A DNA stretch of 64,000 bases from a bacterium HR11 (GCA_002898535.1 BEHN01000007.1:4946-68945), one strand, 5' to 3'; positions 34,959-44,277 are shown, numbered from the stretch's first letter. Notes: generated from the sequence alone by a model not told the origin. Translations and numbers: made by a program.

Positions 34959-36689
34959 ATGGGTATCGAAAACTGGAGCCCCCTAAAGCGGGGGATCGTC
35001 CTGGTCGTCCTGACGGTCGGTTTTCTATTCCTGTATTCCTATGTGATGCAGAAGTGGTTTCCGCCGCCTCCGGTACCGACCCCTGGAACGCCCCCGCCGT
35101 CCGTGTCGGCGACCCAGGCCCCAGCACCGTCGGCCGGTGAATCCGAAGAAGCCTGGCCGTCGAGTCCGATCGCTGCCGAACGACCCCAGACGTTTCATGT
35201 CCGGACCCAGGTCTTTGACATCACGGTGACGAACCAAGGCGGCTATCCGACGTCGTGGAAACTCCTGCGATACAAGGACCTCCAGGGCCAACCCTTAGAG
35301 CTCATCCCCCAGTATGTCTCGGCCTGGCGCCCCCTGCGGATCCTGGATGCCGACGGAAGGCCCATCGAGCGACTCGATAAGGCCCTCTACTGGACGGACC
35401 TGCAGACTCGGCCGGACGGGTCCGTCCAGCTGACCCTCGAATACGCCGACGGGGTCGATTGGGTCCGTAAGCGGATGACCTTCCGCCCGGACGCTTATCA
35501 CGTGGACTTGCAAGTCTTGTACCGATCGCGCTCGGCGCCCGGGACGCGGGCCTATCTCGTATGGGCGCCCGGCTTGGAGCACTCGACGCCCAAAGAACGC
35601 AAGGCCGCCGGCTGGTCCTTCCACGCCGTGTCGGGCCTCTACCGGGACGATAAGGCCCGGGGCGTCGGCCGCAAGAAAGACCTCCACGACGTCCGGGAGG
35701 GCCTCCACGCCCGATGGGTCGGCTTGCACTCGAATTACTTCCTCGTCGCCTTTTTGGCCCCCGACGCCACAACCCTGCCGGGCGCCCTCTTTTCGACGCA
35801 CGTCCTGGGTGCCCCGCCGGGTCAGAAATGGCCGGACCCACCGCCGGCCGAGCTGGAAGAGAACCTGGACGTCCTGATGGTCCTCGGCGTGCCCTTCCGG
35901 CCGGGCACGTCCGCCCGGTGGACCCTCTATGCGGGCCCGAAGGACCTTGAGGTCCTGACGGCCGTCGACCCGACGCTCGGCGAGGCCATCCAGTACGGCA
36001 TGTTTGGCTTCATCGCCAAGGGTCTTCTGACCGTGCTGAAGTTCTGCTATCGCCTTATCCCCAACTATGGCGTGGCCATCATCCTGGCGACCCTGCTGGT
36101 GCGACTCCTGCTGTGGCCGCTGTCCCACCGGATGTTCATCAACAGCGAAAAGATGAAAGCCGTCCAGCCGAAGATCAAGGCCCTTCAGGAAAAATACAAG
36201 GGCATTCCCCTGCGGGACCCCCGCCGTCAGAAGATGAACGAAGAGCTCATGCGCATTTACCGGGAGCACGGCGTCAACCCCATGTCGGGCTGTCTCCCCC
36301 TGCTCCTGCAACTGCCCATCCTGTTCGCCTTTTACAGCCTCCTGTCGGTGTCCATCGAGCTTCGTCAGGCCCCCTTCGTCCTGTGGATTCGGGACCTTTC
36401 TCGGCCAGACCCCTACCTCATCACGCCCATCCTGATGGGCATCACGATGATCCTCCAGCAAAAGCTGACGCCCACGACGATGGACCCCGCCCAGCAACGC
36501 TTGAGCTACCTGATGTCGGGCCTGTTCATCTTCATGTTCATGAACGCCCAGAGCGGCCTCGTCCTGTACTGGCTGTTCAGCAACGTCTTTAGCATCGCCC
36601 AACAGTACCTGTACCACCGGTTCTACTTCCGGACGCCATCCACCGAACCGGCCCGCCGCCAGCGCCTGAAGGCCACCCAGGCGGGATAA
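34959..36689 (+). CDS. yidC: membrane protein insertase YidC (with large periplasmic P1 domain)
   Basis: 576 aa from MGIENWSPLKRGIVLVVLTVGFLFLYSY. The periplasmic domain is about 320 aa. The conserved C-terminal 5-TM core carries ...PLSHRMFINSEKMKAVQPKIKALQEKYK...NPMSGCLPLLLQLPILFAFY. Antisense ORF 35295..36845 is a shadow. Confidence 0.9.
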   Translation: MGIENWSPLKRGIVLVVLTVGFLFLYSYVMQKWFPPPPVPTPGTPPPSVSATQAPAPSAGESEEAWPSSPIAAERPQTFHVRTQVFDITVTNQGGYPTSWKLLRYKDLQGQPLELIPQYVSAWRPLRILDADGRPIERLDKALYWTDLQTRPDGSVQLTLEYADGVDWVRKRMTFRPDAYHVDLQVLYRSRSAPGTRAYLVWAPGLEHSTPKERKAAGWSFHAVSGLYRDDKARGVGRKKDLHDVREGLHARWVGLHSNYFLVAFLAPDATTLPGALFSTHVLGAPPGQKWPDPPPAELEENLDVLMVLGVPFRPGTSARWTLYAGPKDLEVLTAVDPTLGEAIQYGMFGFIAKGLLTVLKFCYRLIPNYGVAIILATLLVRLLLWPLSHRMFINSEKMKAVQPKIKALQEKYKGIPLRDPRRQKMNEELMRIYREHGVNPMSGCLPLLLQLPILFAFYSLLSVSIELRQAPFVLWIRDLSRPDPYLITPILMGITMILQQKLTPTTMDPAQQRLSYLMSGLFIFMFMNAQSGLVLYWLFSNVFSIAQQYLYHRFYFRTPSTEPARRQRLKATQAG

Positions 36690-36720
36690 GGCTTGGGCAG
36701 AGGGCAGGTAGCAGAGCCCT

Positions 36721-36917
36721 TGGGTTTGTGAAAGTGGCGTCGGGTCGGCTTTTTCCATGGCCCGAAAGAGACCCAGGAGGAATGGGGAGTGGGGAATGAG
36801 GAATGAGGAATGGGGAATGAGGAATGGGGAATGAGGGGGGCACATATGAGGTCATGGCTCATAGCCCATGAGCCATCAGCTATCAGCCATGAGCCGATCG
36901 GGGCCAAGAGCTATGAC
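36721..36917. repeat. family F (GGAATGGGGAATGAGGAATGAGG, 36770-36835) and family E (CATGAGCC, 36846-36917) heptamer arrays
   Basis: GGAATGGGGAGTGGGGAATGAGGAATGAGGAATGGGGAATGAGGAATGGGGAATGAG, then GGTCATGGCTCATAGCCCATGAGCCATCAGCTATCAGCCATGAGCC. Confidence 0.55.
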
Positions 36918-36920
36918 CTA

Positions 36921-37182
36921 ACAGAGCCGTTCGATTCGTGAGAATGGCGTCGGAACAACCTTTCCCAACGCCCGGGAAGCACGGTTTTTCAAGCATCCGG
37001 CAGATGGGCAGGTCGGCAGATAGGCAGATAGAAGCCGGGTGGGCAAGGATCAGCCCCAGGGCTTTTGGGACCATCTGCCCATCTGCCGAACTGCCTATCT
37101 GCCAAAGCTTGAAAAACCGTCCTCTCCGAAGGGTCGAAAAAGCCGAATCCATGCGGGTTTTCACGAACCGAACGGTTCTGTT
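36921..37182. mobile_element. MITE family A, full copy
   Basis: AACAGAGCCGTTCGATTCGTGAGAATGGCGTCGGAACAACCTTTCCCAACGCCCGGGAAGCACGGTTTTTCAAGC ... CCGAATCCATGCGGGTTTTCACGAACCGAACGGTTCTGTTA. It abuts the stop of the downstream minus-strand gene. Confidence 0.65.
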
Positions 37183-37918
37183 AGGTGTCCCGGGTCGGTG
37201 GGACTCGCCGCTTGAGGCCCCCCAGGACGGCCATGTGGTCGAAGATGGCGTGCAGGACGCCGATCTCCCGGACGTTCGGCCGGGCCCGATACAGTAAGGC
37301 CCGGAGTTTGGCGATGGCCCGCAGGGGATCGTCGGCCGCCAGGAAGCCCGTGCCCTCCAGGACCATCCGGGCGTGCTGGAGAAAGCCCTCGATGGTCTGG
37401 GCCCGGACCCGTTCGGTCACCGGCAGGCCCTTCAAGGCAAATCGGATTTCATACAGCACGATCGCCACGGCGTGGGAAAGGTTGAAGGATTCCCGGCCCG
37501 GCTCGCCGGGGATGTACACGACCCAGTCGCACCGCTGGACCTGCTCGTTGGTCAGGCCGTTGTCCTCGGAGCCGAACACGACGGCGACGAGGCCGTCTGT
37601 CTCGAGGCCCGCCAGGGCCTGAGCGGCCGTCTGGGGGGTCATGAAGGTGATCTTGCGACGGCCGACGCGGCGGGTCGTGGCGATCGCCAAGGCACAGTCG
37701 GCCAGGGCATTCTCAAAGTGATCATAGGCGACGGCCGACTCGAGGATCGGACGGCCCTCCATGGCCATCGAGACGGCCCACTCGTCGATGGCCGCCCGGG
37801 GCCGCGTCAGACGCAGGCGCTCGAATCCCAGGTTCGCCATGACGCGGGCGATGTACCCCAGGTTGATGGGGTAGAGGGGGTTATCGACGACGACGACGAA
37901 CTGATCGAGCCGCACCAT
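37181..37918 (-). CDS. SpoU-family RNA 2'-O-methyltransferase (TrmJ/LasT-like)
   Basis: Start taken at MVRLDQFVVVVDNPLYPINLGYIARVMANLGF (M18). SPOUT motifs are present: VFGSEDNGL, FNLSHAVAIVLYE. The N-terminal 17 codons of the listed ORF are translated family-C repeat. Confidence 0.7.
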   Translation of the reverse strand: MVRLDQFVVVVDNPLYPINLGYIARVMANLGFERLRLTRPRAAIDEWAVSMAMEGRPILESAVAYDHFENALADCALAIATTRRVGRRKITFMTPQTAAQALAGLETDGLVAVVFGSEDNGLTNEQVQRCDWVVYIPGEPGRESFNLSHAVAIVLYEIRFALKGLPVTERVRAQTIEGFLQHARMVLEGTGFLAADDPLRAIAKLRALLYRARPNVREIGVLHAIFDHMAVLGGLKRRVPPTRDT

Positions 37919-37935
37919 CGGGGCCTCGTAGGGAA

Positions 37936-38090
37936 GACCATAGGCGATAGACCCCAGACCATGGGCCACGGAGCGTAGAGCACGGACCTCCCGGCCGTGG
38001 GGATGAGTGGGAGGGTCTTCCGAAACTTGTCCAAGGCCCGTATCTAAATTCCATGGTCTAAGGTCTGTGGTCTATGGTCTATGGTCTTTA
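37936..38090. repeat. family C GGTCTATGG palindrome with about 70-bp spacer
   Basis: CCATAGGCGATAGACCCCAGACCATGGGCC ... CCATGGTCTAAGGTCTGTGGTCTATGGTCTATGGTC. Confidence 0.55.
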
Positions 38091-38945
38091 TAAGGGCCAG
38101 AGCTTCCGGTAATTTTCGCATAGGACCTGGCGGCGGACCGACTCGGGCAGGGGAAGCGCCCAGAAGGCTTCAGCGTTCGCCCGGATGCCGGGCACGCCGG
38201 GCCCCGGCCAGTCTGAACCGAACACGACTCGGTCGGCGACCTCGGCCAGGCGGGGGAAGTACTCCAGGAGGGACTTGGGCGGAATCCCGGCGATGTCCAG
38301 AAACACGTTCGGATGCCGACGGAGTAAGAAAAACGCCGTGTTCATCCAGAGGGGTCGGCCCCCGTGGGCCATGACGATCCGCAGGTCCGGGAAATCGACG
38401 GCCACGTCGTCCAGATACATGGGGTCTCCGAATCGATTCCGAGCGCCCGGGAAGACGGACGTCCCCGTATGGACGATGACCGGCACGCCGGCTTCCTGAC
38501 AGATGGTATACAGCGCTTCCAGGCTTCGATTCCCATGCAGATAATCGTTGGGATACACGAGCTGATGGGGCGGATGGAGCTTGAAGGCCCGCAGGCCCCG
38601 GTCGATCCAGGTCCGCACGAAGTCGGACGGATTCGGCGTGAAACGGGGATGCAGGGAACCGACGGCGATGAGCCGGTCCGGGGCGACGGCGCAGAACTTC
38701 GTCACAAAGTCGTTGACCTCGTCGGTAAAACCCATGACGTCCGGGCTCGAGTAGTTGATGAGGGCCATCGCCTGAATTCCCTGGGCGTCCATCCACCGGA
38801 GGAGGGCCGTGGGGTCGCGGAGAAACTCCTGCAGGAGGGCCTGCTCGTCGGGCCGCCGCCGGGCCGTCATGACGGTCCGCACGTCCGGCTTGAGCATGTC
38901 CCAGGGCTGGATGTGCACGTGGACATCGACGATAGGCACGTTCAT
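38088..38945 (-). CDS. amidohydrolase-2 family (TIM-barrel metal-dependent hydrolase)
   Basis: 285 aa: MNVPIVDVHVHIQPWDMLKP... (HxH metal ligands), ...VIVHTG..., ...MAHGGRP..., FGSDWPG C-terminal Asp. Confidence 0.7.
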   Translation of the reverse strand: MNVPIVDVHVHIQPWDMLKPDVRTVMTARRRPDEQALLQEFLRDPTALLRWMDAQGIQAMALINYSSPDVMGFTDEVNDFVTKFCAVAPDRLIAVGSLHPRFTPNPSDFVRTWIDRGLRAFKLHPPHQLVYPNDYLHGNRSLEALYTICQEAGVPVIVHTGTSVFPGARNRFGDPMYLDDVAVDFPDLRIVMAHGGRPLWMNTAFFLLRRHPNVFLDIAGIPPKSLLEYFPRLAEVADRVVFGSDWPGPGVPGIRANAEAFWALPLPESVRRQVLCENYRKLWPL

Positions 38946-38978
38946 CGGGCGGGACCTCCATCCTGCGCTTTTGCGTCG

Positions 38979-39350
38979 TCACGAGCCTCGGAGGGCCGTC
39001 AGCCACAGGGCCAGATTCAGGCCGTGGGCGACGTAACAGCCCACGCAGTGGGCGTGAAGCCGTACACGTAGCAAGTATAGGAGCCAGACCGACGTCAGCA
39101 GGCCGGCCGTCGTCAGGACCTGGCGGAGGAGCTGTTGGAAGGGCCCAGCCAGGAGGCTGACGGCTGTCAAGCATCCATAGTAGAGGCCCCCCCAGACGAC
39201 CGAGGGGAGGCCCAACCACCGGACCTCCGGCCGGAGGGCCAGGACCGGACAGGCCGCCTCGCAGGCTTCGACGTGCCGGTGACGAAGGATCTCCTGAACA
39301 AACCACGCCCAGTTGACCCACGCCGCACCGAGGAAGACCCACCACAGCAT
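38979..39350 (-). CDS. small VKOR/DsbB-like membrane thiol-disulfide oxidoreductase (tentative)
   Basis: 123 aa with 3-4 TM helices. A loop Cys cluster EACEAACPV is followed by the CxxC motif HCVGCYVAHG at the start of the last TM helix. Confidence 0.4.
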   Translation of the reverse strand: MLWWVFLGAAWVNWAWFVQEILRHRHVEACEAACPVLALRPEVRWLGLPSVVWGGLYYGCLTAVSLLAGPFQQLLRQVLTTAGLLTSVWLLYLLRVRLHAHCVGCYVAHGLNLALWLTALRGS

Positions 39351-39401
39351 GGCAGACCTCGACCGGAGACAAGCGTCGGGTCCCGGAACCCGGGACCGGC
39401 C

Positions 39402-40058
39402 TCATTCCAGCAGGGGGAGGGTGAACCACCGGACCCATCCGTCGAGCCATCGGACCGTCCACAGGTAGGCCTGCTCGGTCCAATGGAGCCACCGCTGGCG
39501 GACGGCCTCCGGCCATTCCCGACCGAAGGCCCGGACCCGCCGCTGAAGGTGGACCAAGGGCGTTAGGGCCTGCCGTTCCCATTCCCGCAAGACCGACCCG
39601 AACTGGAGGTAGCGGTGCCAGAGGGCCGTGTCGCCGGGCGCATGGGGGAGGTCCCGCAAGACCTCGGCGTAGGCCTGGACTTGTTCGCCCCAGGGCCGAA
39701 AGACCAGGAACCACGCCTTCAAGTCCGGCCAGACCTCGACGACCCGCATGTCCGGGTCGGCGAAGGCCCCGATCAGCCAGCGGAATTCCAGCAGACGGGA
39801 CCGCCAGGTGAAGAGGTCTCGGACCCAATCCCCCTGAGCTCGCAGGAGGGGGTACGTCAGCCAGGTCCGCAGGACGGCCTGAAAGTCCTCGTCCCAGGCC
39901 TTCAGGAAGGCATTCCACTTCTCGTCCAGGAGCTCATCCGTAAGGGCCAACGAGCCCTGAAAGGCCTCTTCCAGGAGGGGCCAGATGCCCTCGACGAAAT
40001 TCGCCCACGGCTGGTAAAGCGCATGCCAGACGCCGTAGGGATGCCCGCCGGCCTGCAT
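39402..40058 (-). CDS. hypothetical Trp-rich protein
   Basis: 218 aa with 24 Trp: ...WHALYQPWANFVEGIWPLL...WLHWTEQAYLWTVRWLDGWVRWF. Composition is coding-like. No recognised family. Confidence 0.45.
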   Translation of the reverse strand: MQAGGHPYGVWHALYQPWANFVEGIWPLLEEAFQGSLALTDELLDEKWNAFLKAWDEDFQAVLRTWLTYPLLRAQGDWVRDLFTWRSRLLEFRWLIGAFADPDMRVVEVWPDLKAWFLVFRPWGEQVQAYAEVLRDLPHAPGDTALWHRYLQFGSVLREWERQALTPLVHLQRRVRAFGREWPEAVRQRWLHWTEQAYLWTVRWLDGWVRWFTLPLLE

Positions 40059-40089
40059 GGGACCTTCGCCTCATAGCAAGGGGTGGGTC

Positions 40090-40300
40090 GCGAATAGCGA
40101 ACGGCGAATGGCGAGTAGCGAATGGCGAGGGCGCGTCGGACAAGGGCCGTTTGCTATCGCTCGCTCGACCGCCGATGGGACCCCCGCGGGTGGCCCCTAC
40201 GACAGCCGGTTCCCCCGCTTCTGCCGAATAGAGCGAGGGTGCTCCAGATGTCCGACCTGGTCGCCACTCGCCATTCGCTACTCGCCATTCGCCACTCGAT
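40090..40300. repeat. family D palindrome (GCGAATAGCGAACGGCGAATGGCGAGTAGCGAATGGCGAG ... CTCGCCATTCGCTACTCGCCATTCGCCACTCG)
   Basis: Inverted 7-mer arrays at 40090-40130 and 40261-40300 flank a 130-bp core. The right arm overlaps the 3' end of the ABC ATPase ORF. Confidence 0.55.
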
Positions 40301-40898
40301 AGACCCGGTGGTCCCGGAGGGACCACACCTCGTCGACGGGCAGGTCCACGTCGACGGAACGGTGGCTCGAGAAGAGGACGCCCTGACCCCGGCGGCGCCA
40401 CTTCTGGAGCAAGTCGTTGAGGTCGGCCTGGGCCTGGGCGTCCAGGCCCGTCCAGGGCTCGTCTAAGCATACGATGGGCGGACCCCAGATGTCCAGGCAA
40501 AAGAGGAGGAATCGCTGTTGCATGCCTCGGGAAAAGTGCCGCAGGGGCTCGTCCCAGAAGGTCCGCAGGAGCGGGTCCTCCGGCCGGGGGTCCCCCCGAA
40601 CGTGAGGAAAAAACGTAAACCGAAGCCAACGGGCGTACTGCCGAGCCGACCATTCAGGGTACAGGGGCGCGTCGTGGCCCAGCCACCCGACGGGAAGGTC
40701 CGACGGCTCCCGAAGGACCGTCCCCCGAGTCGGCCGCTTGAGGCCGGCGATGCACCGCAGGAGGGTCGTCTTGCCAGCGCCGTTGGGTCCCTCCAGACGG
40801 TACATCCGGCCGGGCCGGACCTCCAGGTTCACACCCGTCAGGACCCGTTGGAACCCGTACGCCAGGTCGACTTGAACCAAACGGATGAGGCCCGTCAT
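40278..40898 (-). CDS. ABC transporter ATP-binding protein, short CcmA-like
   Basis: 206 aa. Walker A is GPNGAGKTTL. The signature motif is FSRGMQQR. Walker B is IVCLDEPWTGLD, with the H-loop at SSHR. No permease gene is adjacent. Confidence 0.75.
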   Translation of the reverse strand: MTGLIRLVQVDLAYGFQRVLTGVNLEVRPGRMYRLEGPNGAGKTTLLRCIAGLKRPTRGTVLREPSDLPVGWLGHDAPLYPEWSARQYARWLRFTFFPHVRGDPRPEDPLLRTFWDEPLRHFSRGMQQRFLLFCLDIWGPPIVCLDEPWTGLDAQAQADLNDLLQKWRRRGQGVLFSSHRSVDVDLPVDEVWSLRDHRVYRVANGE

Positions 40899-41152
40899 GC
40901 CCCGATGATCTCACGTTTTTGCCGGACGTACTCTTCGTAGGACATCTTGCCCGTCTGATAATCGTACTCCAGGTCGATCAACTGCTGAATCTTGAAGGGG
41001 TCGTCCAGGCCGTCCGGGACGGACGGCGGGACCGACCCAGGTCGGTCCGACGGGGACGACGCCACCCCCGCGTTTACCCAAAAGGGCCGCAGGACCCATC
41101 CGATCAGGGCCAGGAGGACAAAAACGAGAGCCAAACCTATCAGTACATTCAT
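40895..41152 (-). CDS. small membrane protein with SHOCT-like C-terminal domain
   Basis: 85 aa. The N-terminal TM segment is MNVLIGLALVFVLLALIGWVL. The C-terminal SHOCT-like motif is LIDLEYDYQTGKMSYEEYVRQKREII. The 4-nt overlap with the downstream ABC ATPase start suggests translational coupling. Confidence 0.45.
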   Translation of the reverse strand: MNVLIGLALVFVLLALIGWVLRPFWVNAGVASSPSDRPGSVPPSVPDGLDDPFKIQQLIDLEYDYQTGKMSYEEYVRQKREIIGA

Positions 41153-41429
41153 CCGGGATGCCTAATCCTAAGGGACGGACGACCATCTTGGCAGTGGGTC
41201 CATAGGGCATTGGCACGCGACGCGAGGGTTCGGGACGCCACCGTTTCATGGGTTCAAGGCGACGTCGACATTAGGCGCCAGACGTCATCCAGATATATCC
41301 AGCTTAGCATTTACACGACGGGCCGTCCAGCCAGAATTTGACAAGGTCGACCGACGTTCGATAGGATAGGCCCGCTTGTGGCACCGACCGAGCCAACGCG
41401 GACCCTTCCCTATCCCAGGGGCTTCATTC

Positions 41430-41945
41430 ATGACGTTTCAGACGTTTCACCTGATTGCCTTCGTCCTATGCAGTCTGGCCGCCGTCGGGGGTGCCCTGGG
41501 GGTCGTCTTGGAGCGGCGGGCCTTCTATTCAGGCCTGGCGCTGGCCCTTTCGATCCTGGCCGTGGCCGGCCTCTTTGCTCTACTGGGGGCGACGTTCCTG
41601 GCGGCCTTGCAGGTCCTGATTTACGTCGGGGCCGTCGCCGTCATATTCCTCTTCGTCGTGGGTTTCCTGGGCGTTTACACAGAAGCGGAACGGGGGCTCC
41701 GCCGGCGTTATCTCCTCGTCGGGGCGGCCACGACGGCCGCGGCCCTGGGCTTTATCCTTTTGCAGGTCTGGCGGGCTTTGCGAGAAGCGGCGCCGGCCGT
41801 GGCACCGGGCGTCGCCGGGGACGCGCGCGCCTTCGCAGAGGCCCTCTTTGAACGGTTCGCCCTGCCCCTGGAGTTGACGTCCCTGTTCTTCCTGATCGCC
41901 CTGGTGGCGGCCGTGTATCTGACCCGGGGGAGGCGGGTGCCATGA
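41430..41945 (+). CDS. nuoJ: NADH-quinone oxidoreductase subunit J
   Basis: Start at MTFQTFHLIAFVLCSLAAVGGALGVVLERRAFYSGLALALSILAVAGLF... (M19 of ORF 41376..41945), with 5 TM helices. Confidence 0.8.
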   Translation: MTFQTFHLIAFVLCSLAAVGGALGVVLERRAFYSGLALALSILAVAGLFALLGATFLAALQVLIYVGAVAVIFLFVVGFLGVYTEAERGLRRRYLLVGAATTAAALGFILLQVWRALREAAPAVAPGVAGDARAFAEALFERFALPLELTSLFFLIALVAAVYLTRGRRVP

Positions 41946-42274
41946 GCACTTCGTGGCTTTTGGCTTACGTCACGATGGGGGCCCTGCTGTTCGGTATCGG
42001 GGTCGTCGGCTTCCTCGTCCGGCGGAACCTGATCGTCCTCTTTATGTGTATCGAACTCATGCTGAACGGGGTCAACCTGACGCTGACGGCCTTTTCCCGG
42101 TACCACGGCTCGGTCGACGGCCAGGTCATCGCCTCGATGGTCATCGTCTTGGCCGCTTCCGAGGCGGCCGTCGGCCTGGCCCTGCTGGTCATGATTTTCC
42201 GGCACCTGCGGACGTTAGACACGGAGACCTTCACGCGCTTGGGGGAGGCAAAGACCATAGACCCCGGACCATGA
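41942..42274 (+). CDS. nuoK: NADH-quinone oxidoreductase subunit K
   Basis: MSTSWLLAYVTMGALLFGIGVVGFLVRRNLIVLFMCIELMLNGVNLTLTAF... The start overlaps the nuoJ stop. The last about 8 codons read into a family-C repeat. Confidence 0.85.
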   Translation: MSTSWLLAYVTMGALLFGIGVVGFLVRRNLIVLFMCIELMLNGVNLTLTAFSRYHGSVDGQVIASMVIVLAASEAAVGLALLVMIFRHLRTLDTETFTRLGEAKTIDPGP

Positions 42275-42358
42275 CCTTGTGGGGTCACGGAGTACCCTCA
42301 CCCGAGATGAGGCAGACTTGGCCTTCCAAAGGTCTATGGTCTAAGGTCCATGGTCTTT
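42252..42358. repeat. family C GGTCTATGG palindrome between nuoK and nuoL
   Basis: GACCATAGACCCCGGACCATGACC ... GGTCTATGGTCTAAGGTCCATGGTC. Confidence 0.55.
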
Positions 42359-42390
42359 TCTGAACACCCAAGACGAACACCGAGTTCGTC

Positions 42391-44277
42391 ATGACGGTTC
42401 GTGAAGTCCTGATTCTCACGGCCTGGATAGCGCCCCTGGCGAGCCTGCTGGTGAACTTCGTGGCGGGGCTCGTGGGGGTCCGGCGGTGGGACGAGCGGCG
42501 AGTCGGTTGGACGGCCGTCGCCGGGCCGACGCTGTCGTTCGCCTGCGGCCTAATCCTCTTGGGACTGTATCTCCGGGCGGGGGGCGGCGTCTGGCATGCG
42601 GAGCTGTGGCGGTGGATGGCCACGGCCGACTTTACGTGGCCCCTCCGGCTCCACGTCGACGCCCTCACGCTCGTCATGCTCCTGACGGTCGCCGGCGTGA
42701 GCGCCTTGATTCATGCCTACTCCATCGGCTACATGCGGGGCGACGCCGGGTACCGACGATACTTTATCTACCTGAACCTCTTTGTCTTCATGATGCTCCT
42801 TCTCGTGATGGCCGACCACCTGGCCCTGATGTTCGTCGGCTGGGAGGGCGTCGGCCTGTGTTCATATCTCCTGATCGCCCACTGGATGGAACGACCGGCG
42901 GCGGCGACGGCCGGCCGGAAGGCCTTCGTCGTCAACCGGGTCGGCGACGCCGGTTTCCTGGTCGGAATCTTCCTGCTGGCCGCCTCGGCGGGGGCCATCG
43001 ACTGGGAGGGCCTGCAGACGTGGGCGGTAGGGGCGCCGGCGGGCCTCGCGGCGGGGGCCGCCCTGGCGCTGTTCGTCGGGGCGACGGGCAAGTCGGCCCA
43101 GATTCCGCTGTACGTCTGGCTCCCGGACGCCATGGAGGGGCCGACGCCGGTCAGCGCCCTGATCCACGCGGCCACGATGGTCACGGCCGGCGTGTACATG
43201 GTCGTGCGGCTCCACTTTCTGTATGACCGAGCCCCGGCCGTCCAGGCCGTCGTCGTGGCCGTCGGCCTGGCGACGGCCCTGTATGCGGCGGTCGTCGCCG
43301 TGGCTCAAACAGAAATGAAAAAAGTCCTGGCCTTCTCGACGATCAGCCAGATCGGCTACATGTTTGTGGGGGCTGGCCTGGGTGCCTACGTGGCGGCCAT
43401 CTTTCACCTGGTGACCCACGCCTTCTTCAAGGCCCTCCTGTTTCTGGCGACGGGCAACGTCATGCACGCCACGGGCGACGAGCAAGATATCTGGCGCCTG
43501 GGCCGTCTCCGGACGGCGCTCCCGGTGACCGAACGGCTGTTTCTCATCGGAGCCCTGACGCTGGCGGGCCTCCCGCCCCTGGCGGCCTTCTTCAGCAAGG
43601 AGGCCATCCTCACGGCGGCCTGGGCGTCCCGGCCTGTCATGTGGGGTCTGGCGTGGCTGACGGCGGGGATCACGGCCTTCTATGCGGTCCGCCTGTGGGT
43701 CGTCCCCTTCCGCCAGGACCGGACCCCGCCGGGCCACCCCCATGAAGCTCCCCCGGGCATGCGATGGCCCCTGTACGTCTTGGCCGGCGGGAGCGTCCTC
43801 GGCGGACTGTTGGGCCTCCCCGGGGCGAGCCTCCTGGACCGCTTTCTCCATGACTGGCATCGTCCCCCCGCCGTGACCCTCGGGACGGAAGCCCTCCTGG
43901 GCCTGGCCGGTCTGACGGCCGCCGTCGTCGGGAGCGGTCTGGCCTATTGGGTGTACCTCACGGGGTGGGAGCGCTGGCGGCCTCGGCTGGACCGCTGGGC
44001 CCGAGTCCAGGGAATCTTCCTGCGCCAGTTGGGCTGGAACGAGCTCTACGAGCTCTTGTGGAGCCGGCCCCTGCTGTGGCTGTCCGAGCGGGTCGTGTTT
44101 GGCTTCTTGGACGTGCGGGTCATCGACGGCTTGTTCGACGGAAGCGCCCGGACCCTGGGCGCGGTGGCCCGCCGGACGACCCGTATCCAGACGGGCAATC
44201 TGAAGGTTTACGCTTATGCGATGCTCGTGGGAATTTTACTCTTGTTGTTCTACTTGTACGGGATTCGCGGGAGGTAA
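42391..44277 (+). CDS. nuoL: NADH-quinone oxidoreductase subunit L
   Basis: 628 aa, an Mrp-antiporter-like subunit with the long C-terminal horizontal-helix region. Motifs are ...WEGVGLCSYLLI..., ...GLPPLAAFFSKEAIL... Confidence 0.9.
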   Translation: MTVREVLILTAWIAPLASLLVNFVAGLVGVRRWDERRVGWTAVAGPTLSFACGLILLGLYLRAGGGVWHAELWRWMATADFTWPLRLHVDALTLVMLLTVAGVSALIHAYSIGYMRGDAGYRRYFIYLNLFVFMMLLLVMADHLALMFVGWEGVGLCSYLLIAHWMERPAAATAGRKAFVVNRVGDAGFLVGIFLLAASAGAIDWEGLQTWAVGAPAGLAAGAALALFVGATGKSAQIPLYVWLPDAMEGPTPVSALIHAATMVTAGVYMVVRLHFLYDRAPAVQAVVVAVGLATALYAAVVAVAQTEMKKVLAFSTISQIGYMFVGAGLGAYVAAIFHLVTHAFFKALLFLATGNVMHATGDEQDIWRLGRLRTALPVTERLFLIGALTLAGLPPLAAFFSKEAILTAAWASRPVMWGLAWLTAGITAFYAVRLWVVPFRQDRTPPGHPHEAPPGMRWPLYVLAGGSVLGGLLGLPGASLLDRFLHDWHRPPAVTLGTEALLGLAGLTAAVVGSGLAYWVYLTGWERWRPRLDRWARVQGIFLRQLGWNELYELLWSRPLLWLSERVVFGFLDVRVIDGLFDGSARTLGAVARRTTRIQTGNLKVYAYAMLVGILLLLFYLYGIRGR

